From an uncultured Rhabdochlamydiaceae bacterium (GTDB taxonomy: Bacteria > Chlamydiota > Chlamydiia > Chlamydiales > Rhabdochlamydiaceae), in the NCBI GenBank assembly GCA_963712275.1, contig CAVQHD010000001.1, forward strand, positions 480,001 through 544,000: 64,000 bases of DNA, in the 5' to 3' direction. The notes under the pieces were generated by a model that was not told the origin of the DNA, did not search any database, and was given only the letters and a program-made list of their open reading frames with translations. This document shows, one piece after another, positions 24,589 through 33,749 of this stretch; positions within the stretch are counted from its first letter, which is position 1; every line of letters starts with the position of its first letter. Both the position numbers and the translations under genes were made by a program.

Positions 24589-25313
24589 ATACGCTCCTGT
24601 TTTCGCGCTTAAAGCAAAAGTTTTCGAAAATGACCGAACTAGCCGAGGTCTCTTCTAAAGGACAACTCTCGAGTTTTTCTGGAGTTTTTCGGGTTCACCC
24701 TATCTCGGATCAAGAACAATCCTCGATTGCAGAGCTCTTAAGATCGTATCAAGGAGATGCCGCCATTTCGATTGAAGACGACCTCCAAATCCTTTGCAAC
24801 CTCACATCTGAAATCAAAGCCATCTCAAACCAAGCCGCCATTTTACATGGAGAACGGATCAAAAAAGCGCAAACCCTTTTTAAAAACTATCGCGACGGCG
24901 CTTTTTCAGCCTGGCTTCTTTCCACCTATGGAAACAGGCAAACTCCTTACAACTTTCTCCAATATTATGAGTTTTATCACTCCCTTCCATCCGAACTTCT
25001 CCCCAAACTAGATGAAATGCCCAGGCAAGCGGTTTACACACTCGCAAGCCGTGATGCCCCCCTCGAAAAAAAGAAAGAGATGCTCCAAAACTATCGCGGC
25101 GAGACAAAAAATGAGCTGCTTGAGCTCATCCGTCAAACATTTCCCCTTGAAGAGGCCGATGGAAGGCAGGAAGACCTCTCCACCCAAGCGACCCTCATGC
25201 TCAATAGGTTAGCCCGTCTTTTCAGTCAAAAAAGGTTCCGACCCACCGCTTCAGAATCCCAGACCCTTAAAGAGCTTCTTGGCCACTTGTGCCAGCTTCT
25301 TGAAAAAGATTAG
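24576..25313 (+). CDS. CT583 / pGP6-D family protein
   Basis: ILHGERIKKA, FSAWL, YGNRQTPYNFLQYYE, YTLASR; follows parA as in chlamydiae. Confidence 0.88.
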   Translation: MSKVNTLLFSRLKQKFSKMTELAEVSSKGQLSSFSGVFRVHPISDQEQSSIAELLRSYQGDAAISIEDDLQILCNLTSEIKAISNQAAILHGERIKKAQTLFKNYRDGAFSAWLLSTYGNRQTPYNFLQYYEFYHSLPSELLPKLDEMPRQAVYTLASRDAPLEKKKEMLQNYRGETKNELLELIRQTFPLEEADGRQEDLSTQATLMLNRLARLFSQKRFRPTASESQTLKELLGHLCQLLEKD

Positions 25314-25459
25314 ACTTTAAAGAATTTTTTACTATTCAATCTGTTGTTTTACTAAGTTCTTTATTATCAGATAGATGCGTTTTTGTCTAAATTTTTTAGT
25401 TTTAATTAATTAATATTTAATATATCATTAATTAATAATACAACAAGGCAGATGAAAAT

Positions 25460-25924
25460 ATGGCGTTTCCACCACAATACAACCCTTTAAGCATTGGGAA
25501 TATATCTGTAGGATATAACCACCTCAATCAAGCTAGAAATTTAAAATCTAATTTTCAGAGGGCTGATTTTCAGAATGCCATTAGTACCTACGCCCAACTC
25601 GAACAACAGCGCAACCAAAGCACGATTGAACCAGCAGATAATCAAGGAGTGATACCACAGGAAACTTCAGTCCCCAAAACCTCTGCCCGGGCCAACGCTC
25701 TTGTCTTTATTAAGCTTATCGTTACCCTAGCGGGCCGCTCTCTCATAAAAGCCTTAAGCTTTGCCCTAGGACTTATCACACCCCAAGCAAAACAGTCAGA
25801 AGAAACGCCTGTTAACGAAAAGCCTATCATTCCTCCATCAGAAGTAGAAGATCCTGAGGATCAAGCATTACGACAAAAGCTCAGGGACAACGGGGCAGAC
25901 GATTTCTTCAATAAATTTCTCTGA
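25460..25924 (+). CDS. Hypothetical protein
   Basis: 154-aa ORF after an AT-rich intergenic region; overlaps the dapA 3' end. Confidence 0.5.
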   Translation: MAFPPQYNPLSIGNISVGYNHLNQARNLKSNFQRADFQNAISTYAQLEQQRNQSTIEPADNQGVIPQETSVPKTSARANALVFIKLIVTLAGRSLIKALSFALGLITPQAKQSEETPVNEKPIIPPSEVEDPEDQALRQKLRDNGADDFFNKFL

Positions 25925-26769
25925 AGCGCCTGTCGAATCACCTCTTTTGACGATTCTCTTATTTGAACGAGAGGCAGCCGAAGATAAGGGGCGCAAAGAC
26001 CCAGAAGATGAGCTGCATATTTTAATCCTTGAGGGTTGTTCTCAATCACAACTGCCTCGCAAAGAGGCAAATATGTCTCAAATAGCTCCTGTGCTCTCTT
26101 GATATCTCCTTTGAGAAAACAATGAATCATCTCTTTCCATTCTACAGGGATGAGGTTTGCCACAGGGGAAATTACCCCTTGAGCCCCTTCCTTTAAATGA
26201 GCAAATGCTAATGTATCATCCCCTGAAAAAATTGGAAGCTGTGTATGAAACCGAAGAGCCCGAATAAAGTCGAGATTTCCCGAGCAATCCTTAATTCCAA
26301 CCATCGATGGAAGCCTTGAAATTTCCCCCAATTGTTCCGCTGTTAGCCGAACCCCTGTTCGGCCAGGGTGGTAGTAGATAATCGTAGGAAGCCCTACGCG
26401 GCCCACCTCTGTAAAGTGAGCTAAACACCCTTCAAATGTAGGACGGTTATAGTAAGGCATTACAACAAGGGCTCCATCAGCCCCCATCCGAAGAGCCTCC
26501 TCTGTCCTTCGAACTGTCACTCGAGTATCATATGTCCCTGTCCCGACAATCACGCCGATGCGCTTTTTAACCGCCTCAATGACAGTTTTAACCACAAGCG
26601 TATGTTCTTCTGGCGAAAGCGTTGGAGCCTCTCCCGTTGTTGCGCAGCAGACAATTGCGTCAGTCTCATGCTTAACCTGCCGTTGGACAAGCTCTCTTAG
26701 GTTCTCAACATCAATCTCTCCACTTTCTTTAAAAGGAGTTATGAGCGCAACCATCGACCCTTTAAACAT
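25861..26769 (-). CDS. dapA: 4-hydroxy-tetrahydrodipicolinate synthase
   Basis: ALITPF, TTGE, PYYNRP, GIKDCSG, SGDD. Confidence 0.95.
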   Translation of the reverse strand: MFKGSMVALITPFKESGEIDVENLRELVQRQVKHETDAIVCCATTGEAPTLSPEEHTLVVKTVIEAVKKRIGVIVGTGTYDTRVTVRRTEEALRMGADGALVVMPYYNRPTFEGCLAHFTEVGRVGLPTIIYYHPGRTGVRLTAEQLGEISRLPSMVGIKDCSGNLDFIRALRFHTQLPIFSGDDTLAFAHLKEGAQGVISPVANLIPVEWKEMIHCFLKGDIKRAQELFETYLPLCEAVVIENNPQGLKYAAHLLGLCAPYLRLPLVQIRESSKEVIRQALQRNLLKKSSAPLSLSFCRNA

Positions 26770-26824
26770 TTTTAGCTCCTGGTGAGGGATAAAACCGACT
26801 ATAGTTGACGGACAATTTTAACTT

Positions 26825-27184
26825 CTAGTCTTGAAAAATGGGAGAAAATTCTTTGTGAAGGACTTCGGACCACTCTTGAGCATGTTTAAGAAAACGAGGA
26901 AATGCATGGGCAAAATTGGACGGGTGAATTTCTTGCGTCCAGTGGATTGTTCCCACAACAGCATCAATTTCGAGAATCCCTTCGCCTTCCCATTTCAATT
27001 GTTGAATCATTTTAAGACATTCATGCGTCTCTTTGGGAAATTCACCTTGGCCATCAAAAATCGGGGTAGAGATTTTCCATATAGGACTCTTAGTTAATTT
27101 TTGAATTAAGATCTCCCTCCCTTCAACAACAATTCGAGTCATTGAATGAATATAGAGATAGATAAATGGGAACAAATAAGACAT
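26825..27184 (-). CDS. Hypothetical protein
   Basis: 119-aa ORF in a co-oriented gene run. Confidence 0.5.
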   Translation of the reverse strand: MSYLFPFIYLYIHSMTRIVVEGREILIQKLTKSPIWKISTPIFDGQGEFPKETHECLKMIQQLKWEGEGILEIDAVVGTIHWTQEIHPSNFAHAFPRFLKHAQEWSEVLHKEFSPIFQD

Positions 27185-27191
27185 ATAAGCA

Positions 27192-28082
27192 TTATATACT
27201 CTCTATTATTTTATCTCCCCATTTAAGTTTATTAACTTTTTTAAATAATTCCTTTTCTTTTTTAGAAACCGTCTTTATTTCAATCCCTTGATTCGTACAC
27301 AACGTTAAGAGAGTGTGCCCTTTACGTTTAAGAGAATCCCTGACCATCCGGGCAAAAATAGGAGAATGCTTTTCTTTTGCCATGATGATGTAACTAAATT
27401 TTTCATCTTCGTATCCAAGACTTCCTTCTTTTGCCCACCGATGCCCCTGGCTCCGCTCAAGCCGGACCCCAAAATGGCACCATTCGGCGCTTCCCTGCCA
27501 TGGACAAACGCGATGGTGAGGACAAGGAGCAATCACATTTCCTCCCTTCTGGATCAATAGATCTCGCGCCTTTAAAACATCCTCATATCCTCGCGGCGTT
27601 CCCGGCTCAACGATCACAAGAAATTGTCGGCATAAATTCCACGCTTTTTCCAGCACATCCAAAGAACCTATTTCTCCCCATGAATAGGAAAATAGGACCA
27701 GATCCTGAGGAGCAATGCCGTCCAGTTTTTCAGCAGGCTCCCTCCTCCAGCTCACTGGCTTTCCTTGCAACCGCTCTTTTCCTAATTTCACAAATTCAGC
27801 GTCTAATTCAACAAATGTCGCCTGCTCTAACGAAGGCCACCTCTCAGAAAGAGGCTCCCAAGAAGCTCCAGGACCCGCGCCGATATCTAAGCAGAAAGAG
27901 ACCTGTGTCCCCGATAACTCTCTCAAGACTCGCCCCAATGCCGCTTGTGTCGCTGGAAGCCTTGTGAGAAGGTAGGCATGCCGATCTTCCGGCGACCTTA
28001 AATAGGGTCTCTCTTTCTTCCGGTACCGTTCCGACAGCTCTTTCGCGGCCTTTTTGATTTGCTGAAAAGAGAATGGCTCCAT
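27192..28082 (-). CDS. Rsm22-family SAM-dependent methyltransferase
   Basis: LDIGAGPG, IVEPGTPRG, APCPH, WCHF, EDEKFSY. Confidence 0.85.
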   Translation of the reverse strand: MEPFSFQQIKKAAKELSERYRKKERPYLRSPEDRHAYLLTRLPATQAALGRVLRELSGTQVSFCLDIGAGPGASWEPLSERWPSLEQATFVELDAEFVKLGKERLQGKPVSWRREPAEKLDGIAPQDLVLFSYSWGEIGSLDVLEKAWNLCRQFLVIVEPGTPRGYEDVLKARDLLIQKGGNVIAPCPHHRVCPWQGSAEWCHFGVRLERSQGHRWAKEGSLGYEDEKFSYIIMAKEKHSPIFARMVRDSLKRKGHTLLTLCTNQGIEIKTVSKKEKELFKKVNKLKWGDKIIESI

Positions 28083-28093
28083 CTCCTCTCTGC

Positions 28094-28747
28094 CTACCCT
28101 TTCATAGCAATCCAATCTTCCCATAGGAACAAAACAGGCCAGTTTTCCCATTTAAGGCGGTATTCTGGATATTCGTCTAACTCAACCCAATGCAGCGTCC
28201 CATTTTGCCCCACGCGGTCGGGAAATCGCTTACCATCGAGATGATCGATTTCATGTTGAAAGATCCTGGCTGTATAATCGAAGTGCTCTTCTTGGATGGG
28301 ATTTCCTTCGCGATCAAAAGCTGCAATTTTGACCCATTTTGCTCTAGGGACCAGGCCGCACACATGACTATCGACAGAAAAACAGCCTTCCCGATCCGTG
28401 ACAAGCTCTGATGATTGCTGGGTGATGCGAGGATTAATGTAGACCTTGAGCTCTCCCCACTCCTTGCGCTTCGTGTCCACCCCAACATCGACAATGATGA
28501 TCCGCTTAAAAATCCCTACCTGAGGAGCAGCTAGACCAACAAGGCCACCCTGCTCCGGATCATTTCGCTCCCCAGATGAGATTTTCAACATCCAATCGAC
28601 AAGATCTTGGATCTCTTTGGACTGGATTTCACTCACGGGAACCTCCATTGAACTTTCGTTTAGCCGATGATCATGCGGTGGTAAAAAATGAGCCGCGAGG
28701 TCCTCCTGCAGTAATATGATAAATAGAATCAAAAAAACATATCTCAT
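28094..28747 (-). CDS. def: Peptide deformylase with hydrophobic N-terminus
   Basis: GLAAPQVG, EGCFS, QHEIDHLDG. Confidence 0.9.
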   Translation of the reverse strand: MRYVFLILFIILLQEDLAAHFLPPHDHRLNESSMEVPVSEIQSKEIQDLVDWMLKISSGERNDPEQGGLVGLAAPQVGIFKRIIIVDVGVDTKRKEWGELKVYINPRITQQSSELVTDREGCFSVDSHVCGLVPRAKWVKIAAFDREGNPIQEEHFDYTARIFQHEIDHLDGKRFPDRVGQNGTLHWVELDEYPEYRLKWENWPVLFLWEDWIAMKG

Positions 28748-28752
28748 AAAAT

Positions 28753-29592
28753 TTACGCCTTTTTTGGAGAAGAGTTCAAGTAAGTATCTAACCGATTAAA
28801 CCATCCTTTTAGCCATTGTTCTTCATGTTTTTCGGGAGGGGAGTTCTCAACTCTTTGCTTGAGGATTGCCCTCGCCGCTTCCACAAAGTCCATAAGTGGG
28901 TCTTTAGAAGAATCAGGGATACGCTGTAGAACCTGCAGCAGGCCCCATCCCTGTCCTTTGTAAGACTCGCTAGAGAAGGCGCCGCTTCCTTTGAAATTTA
29001 AGTAGTCAATGAGTGCATAGAGTCCATCGGCATCGCTGGCAAGACAATGGAAAATATTCAATATTTTAGCTTTTTCTGATGGAGAGCAGCTTTCAAGCAT
29101 TTGAGGAAGCGCACTCTCAAGCCTACTACCGATGAAAATAGCCTGTAAACTTCTCGTCTCAAATAAAAACTGGCGCAAACTTTCCATTTTGGGGCTCTGA
29201 ATATCTTCATAAAAATGCTCACGTGAATTCCATGGGCATCCTGAAGAGGCCTTCAGCCAATTGGGCAGGGACACGCCCTCTTTTAAGAGGAATTGAAGCA
29301 AAGCAGGAAACGTCTCTTCGAATCGTTCTTTTTTATGAGCTGGGTACCAGATAAAATGACCAATGCCCAGCGAGGCAAAGTTTTCACCCTTTTTCCAATT
29401 TGTTAATCCTTCTCTAGTTCCAGCACACTCATTTTTCCAAATTTTCTCCCCAATTTTACTTGAACTTATCTCGATAAAAAGTTTCAGTCGATTTTCGGGA
29501 TAGGTTCTTGCATCTTGAGGAGAGATGGAAAGAGAAAAGGCTTTCCCTAAACACACTAGAAACAGCACAAGAGTTATAAAATGTTTTTTCAT
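28753..29592 (-). CDS. Exported hypothetical protein
   Basis: Signal peptide; SLGIGHFIWYP, DYLNFKG, GWGLLQVL motifs. Confidence 0.7.
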   Translation of the reverse strand: MKKHFITLVLFLVCLGKAFSLSISPQDARTYPENRLKLFIEISSSKIGEKIWKNECAGTREGLTNWKKGENFASLGIGHFIWYPAHKKERFEETFPALLQFLLKEGVSLPNWLKASSGCPWNSREHFYEDIQSPKMESLRQFLFETRSLQAIFIGSRLESALPQMLESCSPSEKAKILNIFHCLASDADGLYALIDYLNFKGSGAFSSESYKGQGWGLLQVLQRIPDSSKDPLMDFVEAARAILKQRVENSPPEKHEEQWLKGWFNRLDTYLNSSPKKA

Positions 29593-30707
29593 TTTTGGGG
29601 AATTAAATAACGATTTTTCAAGTTCAGAATTTTCTCGACCGCTTGGTTGACCCTCTCCTCCGAAATACGGCCGGTTTTGACAGCCTCTACAATCGAGCTG
29701 TGGATACGCTCGATATCTGAGACCGTCAGCTCAAAACCTGCGCGCTCACCAACAAGTAGCTTCCCTCCCAGTATCAGAATATCGCACCCAGCCTTCAAAG
29801 CTCGAATTGCAGCTTCATCAACGGTACCGCATTTTTTAAGAACACCTCCCATCACAAGGGAATCAGAGACAATTACACCTTGAAAGCCGATCGTCTCTCT
29901 TAAGTAGTTTAGCGTCTTTTCTGAAAGTGTCGAGCAATTCTCCGTATCGAAAGCAGGAACGAGAATATGGGCTGTCATAATAGCCTCTGAAAAAGAAGCA
30001 AGCCTTACAAATGGAAATAGCTCAACTCGTTCTAATTCTTCTTTCGATTTATGAACAATCGGCAAATCTTCATGAGAATCAACAGTTGTGTCGCCATGAC
30101 CGGGGAAATGTTTAAGGGTCGCAATGATATGCGCTTGCCTATAGCCGCTCAAAGCCTTTTCTCCAAAAGCAAGAACGACTTCCGCGTGAGCCCCAAAAGA
30201 GCGCGCTCCTATTACCGGATTACGAGGGTTGCTATTAATATCTACGACAGGTGCAAGGTTCATATTGATGCCCACGGCTTGAAGCTCTTGCCCCATAGCA
30301 AAAGCAACATCCTGCGCAAAGGTTGGATTGGAGGTCTCTCCTACTGCTTTATTTCCAGGGAATTTGGGAAAGCCGTTATTTAATCGAGAGACCACGCCCC
30401 CTTCTTGATCAGCTGCAATTAAAAGCGGGATCGGATTTTGATTTGCCTCAGCCAATTTTTGAAGGCCAGCGCTTAGTGCTTGAACTTGCTCGGGACCATG
30501 GAGTCCATTGGACCAGTTATAGTAAATGATTCCCCCCACTTTTGTCTTTTGAACCAGGGCCCTAGCGTCATCGTTCACTTCTTCTCCATTAAAGTGAACC
30601 ATCAACAGTTGCCCCACTTTTTCTTCCAAACTCATTTCTTTGGATGAAGCAAAGCAAGAAAAGGTAACGCAAAGAAGCACTGTTATCAGCTGAAAATTCA
30701 TGCACAC
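29589..30707 (-). CDS. nagZ: Beta-N-acetylhexosaminidase (GH3)
   Basis: DQEGG, APVVD, KHFPGHG, DSH, MTAH, SDSLVM. Confidence 0.9.
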   Translation of the reverse strand: MCMNFQLITVLLCVTFSCFASSKEMSLEEKVGQLLMVHFNGEEVNDDARALVQKTKVGGIIYYNWSNGLHGPEQVQALSAGLQKLAEANQNPIPLLIAADQEGGVVSRLNNGFPKFPGNKAVGETSNPTFAQDVAFAMGQELQAVGINMNLAPVVDINSNPRNPVIGARSFGAHAEVVLAFGEKALSGYRQAHIIATLKHFPGHGDTTVDSHEDLPIVHKSKEELERVELFPFVRLASFSEAIMTAHILVPAFDTENCSTLSEKTLNYLRETIGFQGVIVSDSLVMGGVLKKCGTVDEAAIRALKAGCDILILGGKLLVGERAGFELTVSDIERIHSSIVEAVKTGRISEERVNQAVEKILNLKNRYLIPQK

Positions 30708-31082
30708 CTCCCATCAGCGGCCTCCAATTTCAGTCGGTTACATTTTGCAACCAACTGACCGCCCTCATGATGCTCATCAGTATAGATTCGAGAAAGAATT
30801 CCTTCCAAAGAAAACTCTAAGCTAGGGCAGTGGGAACGGCTCCTAAAAAAGAATCTGGGTGAAGAAATACCGAAAGGGAAATACAAAATATTTTTCGATT
30901 GAGTGGAAGTGGTTTGCCTGAAGTTTAGAGATCGCTTTACCGGCGCCGGTAAGCCAATCCTTCAGTTGGTTACATTTTGTAACTGACTCTATGTAGGCAT
31001 GAGTACTGTGCAATTTTTTTATGCACAGCATTGCACAGTAAAATGCACAGCTGCTCTATGGACAACGTCTCTCTCCCATAAG

Positions 31083-31919
31083 TTATTTTTTTGAATGGTA
31101 GATCCATGAGAACATATCTGGCAAATGTTCCCAAAAATACTCGAATGGTCGTAGATCTTTCACCTGGTGGTGGAGCATATTCTTCCATTCGGATAAAAAC
31201 TCCGACCTTTGAGGATGTTGCTCAATCGTTACCAGATTGGGCATCGGCATCTTTTTAAAGGCGCACTTGCCTTGAAGAGACTCTAGGAGTTTTTCTATAT
31301 CAGTCAATCGATGACGCTCCTGGTAAAGATGAACAACGTCATAGAGATCACGGGGCCGTGCTCGTTCAGCCAAAGCTCTTAACTTTTCAGCGAAAATTTC
31401 TTCATAGGAGTAACTTAGGATTTGGGGCATTTCGATTGGGCAATCGGAATACTCGTGGAAAACCTTCCGTTTTTCCGGCTTCAGTACCACTTGTTCATTG
31501 GCAGTGAGGTCCAATTTGATGGAAGGATAAGGAACTGGTTGCTTCAAGGGACCTCGGTAGGATAGCTTGCCCTGTACAGATAAGCTGCGATGAGGGTCTA
31601 AAGAGATCAGATTTTCGGGGATTTCGATCCCAGACTGTTCATAAATCCACTGTGCGATCTGGGTTAAGATCGGTCGCAGTGCCCCTTCTTTCATTTGCTG
31701 AGCATCCAGCAGGGTGAAATCTAAATCCTCTGAAAAGCGATACCTATTGAAGAAGCATTTTTTAAGGCACGTTCCTCCCTTAAAAACCCATGAATCTCTC
31801 GTTTGAGGATGGTTTTGAATGCCAATCAGTATCCATCCCAAAACATAGTCTTTTTCAATCGTGGAGGATTGCAGTCCGTGCTCTTTTGCTTTTCGAGCAA
31901 TTTCAAATTTGTTGATCAT
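31083..31919 (-). CDS. AbiEii-family nucleotidyltransferase toxin (type IV TA)
   Basis: EKDY, FKGGTCL, RFSEDLDF, AEKLRAL, RPRDLYD. Confidence 0.92.
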   Translation of the reverse strand: MINKFEIARKAKEHGLQSSTIEKDYVLGWILIGIQNHPQTRDSWVFKGGTCLKKCFFNRYRFSEDLDFTLLDAQQMKEGALRPILTQIAQWIYEQSGIEIPENLISLDPHRSLSVQGKLSYRGPLKQPVPYPSIKLDLTANEQVVLKPEKRKVFHEYSDCPIEMPQILSYSYEEIFAEKLRALAERARPRDLYDVVHLYQERHRLTDIEKLLESLQGKCAFKKMPMPNLVTIEQHPQRSEFLSEWKNMLHHQVKDLRPFEYFWEHLPDMFSWIYHSKK

Positions 31920-32725
31920 CGAAGTCCCTCTTCTAATCCTTCAGGAACCCATAATCTCCATTTTTTGATCAGGCGCTTTCCTTTTGATGCTGGGTCTAGT
32001 TGTGAATTTCCTTGGCTTAAATGTTCTAAGCATTGTGTAATCCAACGCGTCTCATCAGGCTTTATTTTTGATAATACGAACCCTAAACGTTTAAAAATCG
32101 CCTTGTTGTTCATCTTCTCCGCATATTGGATCAGAATGTTCAGATCGCATTCACTTGAAGAGAGATATTTTTTGAAAAAGTCGACCACTGAACGAATTCC
32201 TCCTCCAATTGATGGATCATCAAACATATCTATGATCGTCTTATGAGGATCTGACACTTGTACTTTGATCTGATCTTTCCAAACAGACTTAAGTCCAAAC
32301 ATTTTGTCGGATGCTGATTTTTTTATCAAAAATGTTAATCCCGCAACGGACTGCTCTTTTTGATTTAAGCGTCGAGAGATAAAGACGATAGTTGATTCGA
32401 AAATTTGCTCGGTAAAATCCCAATGTTGGGCCGCAGACCATCCCCCAATATAGCAAGGGGAAAAGACCTGTGATGCTATTACCCATGGATCGAGAATGCC
32501 GCCATCAGGAGTTTCAGCCGCTATATCTACGGAGAAATATAACCCCCTCCTAACCCTTCGTAGCCAGCCATTTTTTACCCATGAGGACAGATACAGCCTT
32601 GCCTGCTCTCGTGAGACACTTAATGTCTCTGCTACCAAACTTACTGATATACAACCGTTTGAATTGCGAAGTACATCTGCAAGCCTCTTACGAGATAATT
32701 TCCCTAGCCCAGCTAATTCATCCAT
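31916..32725 (-). CDS. AbiEi-family antitoxin / transcriptional regulator
   Basis: N-terminal wHTH (GWLRRVRRGLY), YIGGWSAA, SDPHKTIID; overlaps the toxin start. Confidence 0.88.
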   Translation of the reverse strand: MDELAGLGKLSRKRLADVLRNSNGCISVSLVAETLSVSREQARLYLSSWVKNGWLRRVRRGLYFSVDIAAETPDGGILDPWVIASQVFSPCYIGGWSAAQHWDFTEQIFESTIVFISRRLNQKEQSVAGLTFLIKKSASDKMFGLKSVWKDQIKVQVSDPHKTIIDMFDDPSIGGGIRSVVDFFKKYLSSSECDLNILIQYAEKMNNKAIFKRLGFVLSKIKPDETRWITQCLEHLSQGNSQLDPASKGKRLIKKWRLWVPEGLEEGLR

Positions 32726-32911
32726 GGTACATCCGGTGCGTTAATCATATTTGAAAAGATAAGTTATCCATGATTTAGATGTACCATATAGGTATATTTT
32801 AACCATAGAAAAATATGCTTTTAAGCTATTTTTAATGATTGAAATATACCTACAGTTGGAATAGCCAATTTACTAGGTGACTTGAGTTGTGATCGTGCCG
32901 CTGACGAAAAG

Positions 32912-33295
32912 TCATTCTCTAACAATCAGGAGGTGGAGATCGAGATTTTTCTTTGCAAAAGCGGCCTTGTAAGGTTCAAATGTCTCATGAAGCGCTTTTT
33001 CGGCGACCTCTGCGATGTTTCCGTCATCGTAGCTAAAAGGGTTGCGTAAAAGACGGTAGGACAAATCCAAGTCGAGCGCAACGTGCAGTTTAGTGATGAC
33101 TTGCCCTTCTGCTGCGAAGCGGTTGCGGGTTTCTTCCAGCTGTTTGGTAGCCTTGTTCAAGATCGAAATAATCCACTCTTTGTTTTTGATAGCCATTTCT
33201 GTTACTCGCTGTCTTTGGGCAAGGCCATCCTCTTCAGAGGGCAATTGAATTCTCATTTCTAACTTATTTCTGGTGGCATTATCCACCACCCGCAA
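32912..33295 (-). CDS. Hypothetical protein
   Basis: 127-aa ORF inside the islet; start uncertain. Confidence 0.4.
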   Translation of the reverse strand: MRVVDNATRNKLEMRIQLPSEEDGLAQRQRVTEMAIKNKEWIISILNKATKQLEETRNRFAAEGQVITKLHVALDLDLSYRLLRNPFSYDDGNIAEVAEKALHETFEPYKAAFAKKNLDLHLLIVRE

Positions 33296-33352
33296 AAACT
33301 TCGGTTATTTTTATAAGTTGAAGTTTTGTTGTAACACATTGAAATAAAAGAA

Positions 33353-33427
33353 TCTGGGTGAGTGGATTTGAACCACCGACCCCTTGCACCCCATGCAAGT
33401 GCGCTAGCCAAGCTGCGCTACACCCAG
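33353..33427 (-). tRNA. tRNA-Pro (GGG)
   Basis: CTGGGTGTAGCGCAGCTTGGCTAGCGCACTTGCATGGGGTGCAAGGGGTCGGTGGTTCAAATCCACTCACCCAGA cloverleaf; CCA not encoded. Confidence 0.95.
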
Positions 33428-33434
33428 GAAAATT

Positions 33435-33689
33435 TTAAACTTGTGTTAACCCTTCGAACTGAAAATCGGCTTTTTTAAATTCACTGACGCCGATCCGAGC
33501 GCACTCTTCGATGATTTTTTCAAGGATATCTCCAGGATGGAGCTCAGCTGCTGAAAGGTCGACGGAAATGGAAGCCGTAAAATTGACGCCCCTACGAAGC
33601 CCCTTCACTTTAAAGTTGGCATACATCGTCTCTTTTTTCTTAGAGATATTTTTAAAACGAATGAGATTGTTTTCAGCGAGATCCTTCAT
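33435..33689 (-). CDS. Small conserved hypothetical protein
   Basis: 84-aa ORF with AGGT RBS, co-oriented with tRNA-Pro. Confidence 0.65.
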   Translation of the reverse strand: MKDLAENNLIRFKNISKKKETMYANFKVKGLRRGVNFTASISVDLSAAELHPGDILEKIIEECARIGVSEFKKADFQFEGLTQV

Positions 33690-33749
33690 GATTTACCTAA
33701 ATTAGAAGAAGATGGTAGATTTATAGTCGGTTTCTGTCAAGGAGGCTCT

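Larger units (their letters stand above)
30847..33361. mobile_element. Small genomic islet integrated at the tRNA-Pro 3' end
   Basis: 16-bp direct repeat AAAAGAATCTGGGTGA at 30847-30862 and 33346-33361, the second overlapping the tRNA 3' end. Confidence 0.65.
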
